From contig NZ_JAHCAQ010000011.1 of NCBI RefSeq assembly GCF_019634845.1, positions 40,525 to 104,524 on the forward strand: a DNA stretch of 64,000 bases. The letters are read 5' to 3'. A model generated the notes under the pieces. That model saw nothing but the letters and a program-made list of their open reading frames with translations, had not been told where the DNA came from and did no database searches. The DNA comes from Dokdonella sp. GTDB lineage: Bacteria > Pseudomonadota > Gammaproteobacteria > Xanthomonadales > Rhodanobacteraceae. The first letter of the stretch is position 1. Each line of letters opens with the position of its first letter. A program made the position numbers and the translations under genes. This document shows, piece after piece, positions 16,622-24,873 of the stretch.

Positions 16622-18670
16622 ATGTCCTACAGCACCCCAGACATCCGCAACATCGCCCTGGCGGGCCAAGCGGGCGCCGGCAAAACCACGTTGTTCGAAG
16701 CCCTGCTGCATGCCGGCGGCGCGATCCAGACGGCAGGCTCGGTCGACAAGGGCACCACCGTGTCCGACCACGACCCGATGGAAAAGGAGCGCAAGCACTC
16801 GATCGGCGCCGCGCTGGCTTCGATCGACGCCGGCGGCGTGCACATCAACCTCATCGACACCCCCGGCTTCCACGAATTCCGCGGCGCGACGCTGTCGGCG
16901 CTCACCGCGGTGGAAACCTGCGCGATCGTGGTCGACGCGGGCACCGGCATCGTGCACAACACGCGCCGGCTCATGGAGCGGGCCAAGCGGCGCGGCTTGT
17001 GCAGGCTGCTCATCGTCAACAAGATCGACCACGAGGGCGTCGATCTCGAAGGTCTCGTCGAAGCACTGCGCGACGAATTCGGCAAGGAGTGCCTGCCGAT
17101 CAACCTGCCCGCGCGCGGCGCCAGCGGCGTGGTCGACTGCTTCTTCCAGCCACAGGGCGAAGCCGATTTCTCCTCGGTGGCGCAGGCCCACCAGCAGATC
17201 ATCGACCAGGTGGTCGAGATCAACGAAAGCGTGATGGGGCACTACCTCGAGGAAGGCGAGGCGGGGCTGTCGGGCAGCGAGCTGCACGACGCATTCGAAC
17301 AATGCCTGCGCGAAGGCCACCTCGTGCCGATTTGCTTCGTCTCCGCGCGCAGCGGCGTCGGCGTGAAGGAACTGCTCGACCTCGTGGCGCGACTGCTGCC
17401 CAACCCGCTCGAGGGCAACCCGCCGCCGTTCGTCAAGGGCAGTGGCGCGCAGGCCCGGCCGATCAGCGCCACCCCCAATCCCGACCTGCACGTGATCGCC
17501 GACGTGTTCAAGATCGTCAATGATCCGTTCGTCGGCAAGCTCAGCATCTTCCGCGTGCACCAGGGCACGGTACGCAAGGACACCCAGCTGTTCATCGATG
17601 ACGGCAAGAAGCCGTTCAAGGTCGGCCATCTGTTCCGGCTCAGGGGCAAGGACCATGTCGAGATCGACGAGGCGGTCGCCGGTGACATCGCCGCGGTGGC
17701 CAAGGTCGAGGACATCCACTTCGACGCGGTGCTGCACGACTCGCACGACGAGGACCAGATCCACCTCGCCGCGATCGACTTTCCGCTGCCGATGTTCGGC
17801 CTGGCGGTGCAGCCCGCCCACAAGGGCCAGGAGCAGAAGCTCGCCAGCGCGCTGGCGCGACTGGGCGAGGAAGACCCCTGCTTCCGCGTCGAGCACAACA
17901 AGGAGCTCAACGAAACGATCATCCGCGGCCTGTCGGACCTGCATCTCAAGCTCATGCTCGAGCGCATGAAGGATCGCTACGGCGTGGAAGTGACCACGCG
18001 CCCGCCGCGCATTGCCTATCGCGAGACGATCGCCGCCAAGGCCGAGGGCCACCATCGGCACAAGAAACAGACCGGCGGCGCCGGCCAGTTCGGCGAGGTG
18101 TTCCTGCGCATCGAGCCGCTGCCGCGCGGTGGCGGCTTCGAATTCGTCGACGAGGTCAAGGGCGGCACGATTCCGGGCCAGTACATTCCCGCGGTCGAGA
18201 AGGGCGTGCGGCAGGTGCTCGAACAGGGCGCGATCGCCGGCCATCCACTGCAGGACGTGCGCGTGATCGTCTACGACGGCAAGTATCATCCGGTCGATTC
18301 CAAGGAAGTGGCCTTCGTGTCGGCCGGCAAGAAGGCCTTCATCGACGCCATCGCCAATGCCAAGCCGCAGGTGCTGGAACCGATCGTCAACCTCGACGTG
18401 ACGGTGTCCAACGCCCACATGGGCGATGTCACGGGCGGCCTGGCCAGCAAGCGCGCGCGCATCAATGGCACCGATTCGCTGCGCGGCGGCGAGATCGTGG
18501 TCAAGGCGCAGGTGCCGCTGGCCGAAATCGTCGACTACCAGACCGAGCTCAAGGCGATGACCGGCGGCGAGGGTCGCTACACGATCGAATTCAGCCACTA
18601 CGAACCGGTGCCCGCGCAGTTGCAGAAGCAGCTCGTCGAGGCGTATCGGCCGCGACCCGAGGAGGACTGA
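16622..18670 (+). CDS. fusA: Elongation factor G paralogue (EF-G2-like), outside the str operon
   Basis: IRNIAL, GQAGAGKTT, DTPG, NKID, EEDP, YRETI, HKKQTGGAGQFG, DGKYHPVDSKE, LEPI; GGAGG RBS upstream. Confidence 0.95.
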   Translation: MSYSTPDIRNIALAGQAGAGKTTLFEALLHAGGAIQTAGSVDKGTTVSDHDPMEKERKHSIGAALASIDAGGVHINLIDTPGFHEFRGATLSALTAVETCAIVVDAGTGIVHNTRRLMERAKRRGLCRLLIVNKIDHEGVDLEGLVEALRDEFGKECLPINLPARGASGVVDCFFQPQGEADFSSVAQAHQQIIDQVVEINESVMGHYLEEGEAGLSGSELHDAFEQCLREGHLVPICFVSARSGVGVKELLDLVARLLPNPLEGNPPPFVKGSGAQARPISATPNPDLHVIADVFKIVNDPFVGKLSIFRVHQGTVRKDTQLFIDDGKKPFKVGHLFRLRGKDHVEIDEAVAGDIAAVAKVEDIHFDAVLHDSHDEDQIHLAAIDFPLPMFGLAVQPAHKGQEQKLASALARLGEEDPCFRVEHNKELNETIIRGLSDLHLKLMLERMKDRYGVEVTTRPPRIAYRETIAAKAEGHHRHKKQTGGAGQFGEVFLRIEPLPRGGGFEFVDEVKGGTIPGQYIPAVEKGVRQVLEQGAIAGHPLQDVRVIVYDGKYHPVDSKEVAFVSAGKKAFIDAIANAKPQVLEPIVNLDVTVSNAHMGDVTGGLASKRARINGTDSLRGGEIVVKAQVPLAEIVDYQTELKAMTGGEGRYTIEFSHYEPVPAQLQKQLVEAYRPRPEED

Positions 18671-18689
18671 GCGCGTCGCTGCAGCGAGG

Positions 18690-20213
18690 TCAGCGCGGAG
18701 CCAGCAGTTCGCGCACGCTGGCTTCGAGCTGAGCGAAATCGATCGGCTTGGCGAGAAAGCGATCGGCGCCGGCGCGCTGCGCGGCCGCACGCGCATCGCT
18801 GCCGGCATCGGCCGACAGCATGAGGATGGCGCCGCGATGGCCGCGGCTGCGCAACGCGAACGCCGCCTCGGCGCCCGACATCCCGGGCAGGCGCATGTCG
18901 AGCACGACGAGGGCCGGCGCAGCGGCCAGCGCCGCGTCGATGGCGGCAGGCGCGGCGTCGAAGCAGCGCGTCTGCAGCCCGAATCCCTGCACCGTGAGCT
19001 CGAGCAACTGCGTGATGTCGGGATCGTCCTCGACGATGAACACGCAGCCCTGCAGCGGCGCGGCGGGCGGGATAGAGGCCGGCGCGGCCGCGGTGGCCGG
19101 CACCTGCACGCTGAAGCGGCTGCCGTGGCCCGGCGTCGATTCGAGTGCGAGCGTGCCATGCATCTGTTCGACGAGGCGGCGCACGATGCTGAGGCCGAGC
19201 CCGGCGCCGCGACTGCCGTGCTGGGCGCCGGCGTTGAACGGCTGGAAGATGCGGGTCTGGAACTCGGGTGCGATGCCGATGCCGGTGTCGCTGACTGCGG
19301 CGCGCAGCACCTTGCCGTCCCAGGCGAGCAGCAGCGCCACCTCGCCCTGCGCGGTGTAGCGCACGGCATTGGACAGCAGGTTGACGAGCACCTGGCGCAG
19401 CCGCAGCTCGTCGAGCCACGGTGGCGGCGCGCTCGCCGTCAGCGTGACACGCAGTTGCAGACCCTTGGCCAGCGCGAGCGGCTCGAGCAGCGTGCGGCAG
19501 TCCTCGGCCAGCGCGGCGAGGTCGACCGCCACCGGATTGAGTGCGGCGGCGCCGGCTTCGCCGCGTCCGTATTCGAGCAGGTTCTCGGCCAGCACCTGCA
19601 ATTGCCCCAGATTGCGCCGCAGCGCCAGCAGCTCGCGCTGCTGCCCCGCGTCGGCTGGCAGGCCCTGCTCGAGCAGGCGCAGGCGGCCGAATGCGGCCGT
19701 CAGCGGCGTACGGAACTCGTGGCTCAGCGTCGCGATCAGCGCGTTCTTGAGCGCGTTGGCCTCGGCCAGGCGCCCACGCTGGCGCTCCAGTTCGCTGCGG
19801 ATGTGCTTGAGCGCATCGATCGCCTTGCTCTTGGCATGCCCGGCCAGCGCCGCCTCGTTGGCCAGTTGCTGCTGGTCGCGTTGCGCCGCGCGGGCGGGCT
19901 CGGCGTCGAGCAGCAGCAGGTGAAACGCCTCGCCGTCGGGGATCAGGTGCACATGCACGCTGCGGCCGTTGGTCAGCTCGACGAACGGAATGGCCTGCTC
20001 CTGGTCGAGCTCGATGCCGATGAACAGGTCGCGCAGGGCGGCGATGGCGGTCTCGGCCGAGGCCAGCTCGATGCCGTACCAGTCGGGCTCGCCTTGCAGC
20101 CCGCACAGTTCCCAGCCGCTGCCGAAACTCAGCACGAGCGGATGGCTGCGATCGAGCAGGATCTCGCGCAGGCGCCGGCGCACCGGCAGCGGCAGGGCGG
20201 GCAGATCGATCAC
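18690..20213 (-). CDS. Soluble hybrid sensor histidine kinase (N-terminal PAS-like domain, HisKA, HATPase, receiver)
   Basis: LSHEFRTPL, QVLVNLLSNA, DTGIG, IFQPF, GAGLGLSI, receiver VEDD..LDMRLP..AKP. No TM segment. The GTG start overlaps the GTPase stop (GTGA). Confidence 0.92.
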   Translation of the reverse strand: MIDLPALPLPVRRRLREILLDRSHPLVLSFGSGWELCGLQGEPDWYGIELASAETAIAALRDLFIGIELDQEQAIPFVELTNGRSVHVHLIPDGEAFHLLLLDAEPARAAQRDQQQLANEAALAGHAKSKAIDALKHIRSELERQRGRLAEANALKNALIATLSHEFRTPLTAAFGRLRLLEQGLPADAGQQRELLALRRNLGQLQVLAENLLEYGRGEAGAAALNPVAVDLAALAEDCRTLLEPLALAKGLQLRVTLTASAPPPWLDELRLRQVLVNLLSNAVRYTAQGEVALLLAWDGKVLRAAVSDTGIGIAPEFQTRIFQPFNAGAQHGSRGAGLGLSIVRRLVEQMHGTLALESTPGHGSRFSVQVPATAAAPASIPPAAPLQGCVFIVEDDPDITQLLELTVQGFGLQTRCFDAAPAAIDAALAAAPALVVLDMRLPGMSGAEAAFALRSRGHRGAILMLSADAGSDARAAAQRAGADRFLAKPIDFAQLEASVRELLAPR

Positions 20214-20710
20214 GGCACCAGGCCCGCCACGATGGCCGCGAAGGCCTGTTCGACCCCGATGCCGGTGGCGGCACTGGTCTCGATCACCGGCAGCGAGCGG
20301 CGCAGCTGCGCCAACGTCGGCGGGCCGACCTCCCAGCGCTCGACGAGATCGAACTTGTTGACCGCGAGCACCGCCGCGGCGCTGGGCAGCAGCGTACGCG
20401 CCTGCATCAGCAGATCGAGAGCCGCGGCCAGGGTGGCCTCGCGTGTGCCGTCGGCGACCAGCAGCACTGCCGCCGCGCCGCGCAGGTAGCTGGCGCTGAC
20501 ACCGTCCAGCGCATTGCTGCCGGCGATGTCCCACAGCACGAGCTTGACGGGATCGCGCCCGGGCCGACTGACCTCCTTGCTGTCGACCTTGACGCCGACC
20601 GTGGTCAGGTACTTGGCGGCAAACGTGCTGCGCACGAAGCGCGCCACGAGGCTGGTCTTGCCCACGCCGAAGTCGCCCAGCAGGCACACCTTGTACGGAC
20701 CGGCGCTCAT
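20210..20710 (-). CDS. Stand-alone Rab-like small GTPase (Ras superfamily)
   Basis: 166 aa: G1 GDFGVGKTS, G2 YLTTVGV, G3 LWDIAG, YLRGA, G4 NKFD, G5 ETSAATG.GV. Confidence 0.95.
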   Translation of the reverse strand: MSAGPYKVCLLGDFGVGKTSLVARFVRSTFAAKYLTTVGVKVDSKEVSRPGRDPVKLVLWDIAGSNALDGVSASYLRGAAAVLLVADGTREATLAAALDLLMQARTLLPSAAAVLAVNKFDLVERWEVGPPTLAQLRRSLPVIETSAATGIGVEQAFAAIVAGLVP

Positions 20711-22479
20711 CGCGCGCCGTCCTCGATGCGCAGCTCGACGCGCGCGCCGCGGCGCGTGGGGTCGGCATTGACGCTGGCATCGCCCTCGGCCACCGCGTCG
20801 ATGCCGCGCGCTGCCAACGCGAGCGCGAGCCAGCGCAGGCGCAGGCTGCGCACGCGCACATTGGTGTCTTCGCCGCCGCTCTCGTCCGAGCTGCCGACGC
20901 TGCGCACGCGCAGCTGCACGCCCGCCTGCGCCGCGGCCGCCTGCGCCCGGCGCAGGTCGGCGGCGAGCGCATCGACCACGGCAGCGCTGCCGGCGACCGG
21001 CTCGTCCTCGCGCGTGAAGGTGACCGTGCGCGCGGTGATTTCGCCGGCGAGGCGCGCCAGCACGGCGCGCGCGATCTCGCGTGGATCGGTTGCCGTGTGC
21101 AGCGTCGAATCCACCGCGCGCACGCCGGCGATCAGCGGCGCGCGCAGCTGCGCCGCGGCGATCCACTCCGGCGGCGCCACACCTTCGAGCCGCAGCACGC
21201 CGGCAGCGACCTGCAGGCGCACCCCGTCGGGCGGGGTCAGCAGCCGTTGCGCGCGCCGCAGCACCACTTCGTCAGCGGTAGCGACGAAGCCGGTCACCTG
21301 CAGGCGCCGGCTCGCATCGCCAAGGTCGGCAGCGTCGAGCGCCGCCTGTGGCGACACCGCATCCGGATCGAGCAGGCCATGCACCACGAGCGAGCGCCAC
21401 GGTCGCGCCTCGATGCGCCCGAGCACGAAGCCGGGATGGTGCGCCAGCGTGTCCCGCAACTGGGTGAGCTGCGCCTGCCAGCGCCAGCGCTCGCTGACCC
21501 ACCAGCCCAGCGCCACCAGCGCGAGCAGCAGGGCCAGCAGCAGAGGGCGACGCGACGCGCGCGGGGTGCTGCCTGCGGCCTCGTCGCGATGCGCATCGCG
21601 CAGCATCGGCAACGGCTCGATGAGCTCGCCCACGCGCGCATCGCCAGCGCGCTCGGCCAGCGGCACGTCGTCCGCCGCGGTGTGCATGAGGGCGTGGATC
21701 TCCTCGAGACGCTGCTTGAGCAGTTCGCGCAACCGCGGCGGTGGCACGCCGCGCACGAAGCAGGCCAGATTGGCCAGCGGCCCGTGTTCGACCCACACCA
21801 GCGACTCACCGACCTGGGCCGCATCGAGCACGCCACCGTCACGGCCGACCGAGTCGCCGACGAAGTCGCCCAGCGCAGTCAGCATGCCGGCGATCGCGTC
21901 GGCATCGAGCGGTGCCAGGCCCGGCGCCGAGGCGTGACGCAGCAGCAGGCCGCTGTTGCGCTCGATGAGGAACACGTGGTCGATGCCGTAGGCGAGGCGA
22001 TGTCGCAACACCACCTGCGCATAGGGCACACCGCCACGCCAGGCCTCGAAGCGCCACTTGAGACCACGCAGCGTGAAGCTGCTCTCGATCGCGCCGTTGA
22101 GGTTGTCGACGAGACCGCGCAACGCCTCGGCGATGGCGCGGCGGATCATTGGCCCGATCACCGGGAACAGCGCGTCGATGATGCCCTGGCGATTGTTGTG
22201 CACCGCCTCGCCGAGTGCCTGCCCGACCGGACTGGCCAGCGCACTGGCGATGCGCGGATTGTCGGCGTTGTCGCGCAGTGCGGCGAGCGCGGCCTCGGGC
22301 AGGCGGCGCGGCAGCTCGCCCTGGCGCTGCTCGAGTTCGGCGATGCGTGCGCGCGCCGCGGCCAATGCGCGACGCTCCTCGCCCAGCAGCAGTTCGCGCA
22401 GGCGCTCGAAGTCGTCGCCCGGTGCCACCGTGCCGGTGGCGGTCGGATCCGGCGCCTGTTCCCCACCCGCGTTGGCCAT
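20707..22479 (-). CDS. Single-pass membrane protein: cytoplasmic helical region plus longin/roadblock-like domain, TM, periplasmic region ending in an OmpA-like domain
   Basis: LRELLLGEE; IIDALFPVIGPMIRRAI; HVFLIERNSGLLL..DADAIAGMLTALGDFV; TM PLLLALLLALVALGWWV; C-terminal VGSSDESG..N..R..LAARGI..RR.RVE. ATGA overlap with the GTPase. Confidence 0.85.
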   Translation of the reverse strand: MANAGGEQAPDPTATGTVAPGDDFERLRELLLGEERRALAAARARIAELEQRQGELPRRLPEAALAALRDNADNPRIASALASPVGQALGEAVHNNRQGIIDALFPVIGPMIRRAIAEALRGLVDNLNGAIESSFTLRGLKWRFEAWRGGVPYAQVVLRHRLAYGIDHVFLIERNSGLLLRHASAPGLAPLDADAIAGMLTALGDFVGDSVGRDGGVLDAAQVGESLVWVEHGPLANLACFVRGVPPPRLRELLKQRLEEIHALMHTAADDVPLAERAGDARVGELIEPLPMLRDAHRDEAAGSTPRASRRPLLLALLLALVALGWWVSERWRWQAQLTQLRDTLAHHPGFVLGRIEARPWRSLVVHGLLDPDAVSPQAALDAADLGDASRRLQVTGFVATADEVVLRRAQRLLTPPDGVRLQVAAGVLRLEGVAPPEWIAAAQLRAPLIAGVRAVDSTLHTATDPREIARAVLARLAGEITARTVTFTREDEPVAGSAAVVDALAADLRRAQAAAAQAGVQLRVRSVGSSDESGGEDTNVRVRSLRLRWLALALAARGIDAVAEGDASVNADPTRRGARVELRIEDGAR

Positions 22480-22501
22480 GACCTGTCCTGCGCGCGGCGG
22501 A

Positions 22502-23158
22502 TCAGGGTGTGGGCAGGTCGAAATCGCCCTTGAGGCGCAGGGCCAGTTCGGTGAGCAGCGCAGCCATGTCCTCGCGCCCGACCTTGTCGGCGCGCAGTTC
22601 GGCGCTGCTGCGCGACAGCGCGGCTTCGGCATCGCCGGCGCGGGCCGCAAAAGTGTCGTGCAGGTCGGCCAACGCGGCGCGCAGGCGCTCGTCGCTCTGC
22701 GCCACTTCGTTGCTGACACCGTCGAGCGCCTTGTTGATCTCGGCGCGGGCAGTGCGCGCGGCCTGCTGCACGCGCGATTCCAGATCGGCCACCGCGCCAT
22801 TGCGGTCGTCGATCTCCTGGCGCACGAGCTTGCCCAGTTTGTCGAACTGGTCGTCGATGCGCTTTTCCATCTGCGCCAGCCGCTTGTCGGCGGCCTCGCG
22901 CATGCGCGCGAGGTCGGCTTCGAGCTTCTGGTTGAGGTCCTGGAAGCGGCGCTCGTAGTCGCGCATCTGTCCGCCGAACAGGATGTCGCGGATCTGGTCG
23001 ACGTTGCGGTCCGCGCCGCCATCGGCGCCGGGCTTCTTCGGATCTGCCATGGCCATTTTCCTCCTGGGCGTGGTGGGGGTGCGCGCGCTGCGCGCCGGCG
23101 CCTTGCGTGGGGCTGGGGCCGCCTTGCCGCGGGACCTGGACTTGCCTGCGCTGGCCAT
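22502..23158 (-). CDS. Coiled-coil protein of unknown function; alternative starts at 23056/23050
   Basis: VDQIRDILFGGQMRDYERRF followed by continuous heptad-like helix, ending KVGREDMAALLTELALRL. AGGAGG precedes both start regions. Confidence 0.85.
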   Translation of the reverse strand: MASAGKSRSRGKAAPAPRKAPARSARTPTTPRRKMAMADPKKPGADGGADRNVDQIRDILFGGQMRDYERRFQDLNQKLEADLARMREAADKRLAQMEKRIDDQFDKLGKLVRQEIDDRNGAVADLESRVQQAARTARAEINKALDGVSNEVAQSDERLRAALADLHDTFAARAGDAEAALSRSSAELRADKVGREDMAALLTELALRLKGDFDLPTP

Positions 23159-23339
23159 CGCTCCTCCTCGCCGGATCTCAATCGACGCCGCGCCGGCCAC
23201 GCATGTGACCGCCGGCTGCGCACCTGCGGACATTCTGGCAGCTTGCGCCGCGGGCGCCTAGGCGCGCCGCGCGGACCATGCCGGCGGCTGGCCCGGCGCA
23301 GGCAATGCACCACCCGCCGCCGCCCGATCGCCGTCCGGC

Positions 23340-24038
23340 TCAGACCTGTTCGAGCCGGTAACCGTGCTGGTAGACCGCCGTCAGCCGCCAGCCACGCTCG
23401 CCACCCAGCTCGAGCTTCTTGCGCAGCCGGCTGACGTGGGTATCGACCGTGCGCGTGGACACAGTCGCGCCGAGGTTCCACACGTGCTTGAGCAGGGCAT
23501 CGCGACCGACCACGCGACCATGGCGGCGGAACAGGAAGTTGGCGAGGTCGAATTCGCGCTGGGTGAGGTCGATCGCGCGTCCATCGATCAGCACGCGCCG
23601 GCGCCGCGCGTCGATGTGGTAGGGATCGAGCACAAACCCCTCATCGTCGCCGCGCTCGCCGAGATGGCGCCGCAGCACCGCGCCGACGCGCGCGAGCAGT
23701 TCGCGCTGCTTGGGCGGCTTGACGACGTAATCGTCACCACCGCCCGACAGCGCGCGCACGATGTCGTCCTCGCTGTCGCGCACCGTGAGGAAGATGACCG
23801 GCAGGCTCGCGTTGCGCGAAGCGCGGATCGCTTCGAGCACCTCCAGACCGTTGCCGTCGGGCAGCATCCAGTCGAGCATCAGCAGATCGATCGCGTCACT
23901 GCCCTGCGCACGCCGGTATTCGGCGGCGCTGCGATAGCAGCGCACCGCATAACCGGCGCCCTGCAACCACAGTACGAGCAGGTCGGAGATGTCGGGATCG
24001 TCCTCCAGCAGGCCGATCACGACAGGCGTCTGGCTCAT
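23340..24038 (-). CDS. OmpR/PhoB-family response regulator
   Basis: LLEDD, LDWMLPDGNG, DDYVVKP, LTQREFDL, TRTVDTHVSRLRKKL, VYQHGYRL. Confidence 0.96.
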   Translation of the reverse strand: MSQTPVVIGLLEDDPDISDLLVLWLQGAGYAVRCYRSAAEYRRAQGSDAIDLLMLDWMLPDGNGLEVLEAIRASRNASLPVIFLTVRDSEDDIVRALSGGGDDYVVKPPKQRELLARVGAVLRRHLGERGDDEGFVLDPYHIDARRRRVLIDGRAIDLTQREFDLANFLFRRHGRVVGRDALLKHVWNLGATVSTRTVDTHVSRLRKKLELGGERGWRLTAVYQHGYRLEQV

Positions 24039-24060
24039 CGCGTTCCCTGCCGCTGGCGCA

Positions 24061-24264
24061 TTACTCGACGACGAAATTGATGCGCATGTTGACGCGCCAT
24101 TCGGTGACGCCGCCGTCGGCATCGGTCACGACCTTGATGTCGTTGACCCAGGCGCCCTTGATGTTCTTGACCGTATGCGCCATTTTGCGCAGCCCCGTTT
24201 GCACCGCATCTTCGATGCTCTTGGGCGACGAACTGCTCAGCTCGATGACCTTCGACACGGACAT
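24061..24264 (-). CDS. Dodecin family flavin/nucleotide-binding protein
   Basis: 67 aa: SVSKVIELSSSSPKSIEDAV...IKGAWV...EWRVNMRINF; AAGGAG RBS. Confidence 0.93.
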   Translation of the reverse strand: MSVSKVIELSSSSPKSIEDAVQTGLRKMAHTVKNIKGAWVNDIKVVTDADGGVTEWRVNMRINFVVE

Positions 24265-24339
24265 GACGGACTCCTTCTGCAGCACCAAGAAACCGCTCAT
24301 GGAGGCCTGTTCACGCGGCCTGACCATGCGATCAGTGGA

Positions 24340-24873
24340 CTATAGCAGCGCGGGCGGCCCTCCCCCAATCGAGGCAGCGTGGCGCGCGGCCGGCGCCGGG
24401 CGCGGCAGATAGCGCAGCCATACCAGAAACGCGACCAGCGCATCGAGCACGATCAGCGCCTGCCACAGGTAGAGGTGGAACCAGTCGAACCAGGTGCGGT
24501 TCCACTGACCGAGGTAGAACAGGCTGATGATGCGCACCAGGTTGAGCGCCTGGATCGCCACGAAGCCCAGTCCGATGCCGATCAGGCGATGGCGCCACGG
24601 CGCCGGAAACGCCAGCATCGCGGCGACGAGGATGATCATGGCCTCGACACCGTTGCAGCCGCGCTCGATCGAAATGGCGAAACTGCTGGCGGTGGTGTGC
24701 AGTTCCTTGCCGATCGAATAGGCGTGCGGGTCGAACAGGCCGACCAGCCACACGCTGACACGCGCGATCGCGCTCGTGAACGGCTCGATCACATGCGTCT
24801 CGACCGGCTGCAGCAGCTCGGCCACGAACAGCGTGGCGAGGATCAGCACGAACAAGACGATGAAACGCAGCAT
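24340..24873 (-). CDS. xrtH: Exosortase H (IPTLxxWG-CTERM-specific type)
   Basis: Short multi-TM protein with the exosortase triad: Cys (IERGCNGVEA), Arg (LNLVRIISL), His (WFHLYLWQALI). Confidence 0.88.
   Translation of the reverse strand: MLRFIVLFVLILATLFVAELLQPVETHVIEPFTSAIARVSVWLVGLFDPHAYSIGKELHTTASSFAISIERGCNGVEAMIILVAAMLAFPAPWRHRLIGIGLGFVAIQALNLVRIISLFYLGQWNRTWFDWFHLYLWQALIVLDALVAFLVWLRYLPRPAPAARHAASIGGGPPALL

Noticed and set aside
18690..23481. Apparent long fusions in the ORF track (760-aa kinase, 318-aa GTPase, 924-aa membrane protein)
   Set aside because: The N-terminal parts are out-of-frame overlaps with upstream genes. ATGA/GTGA coupling and motif boundaries support the shorter starts.
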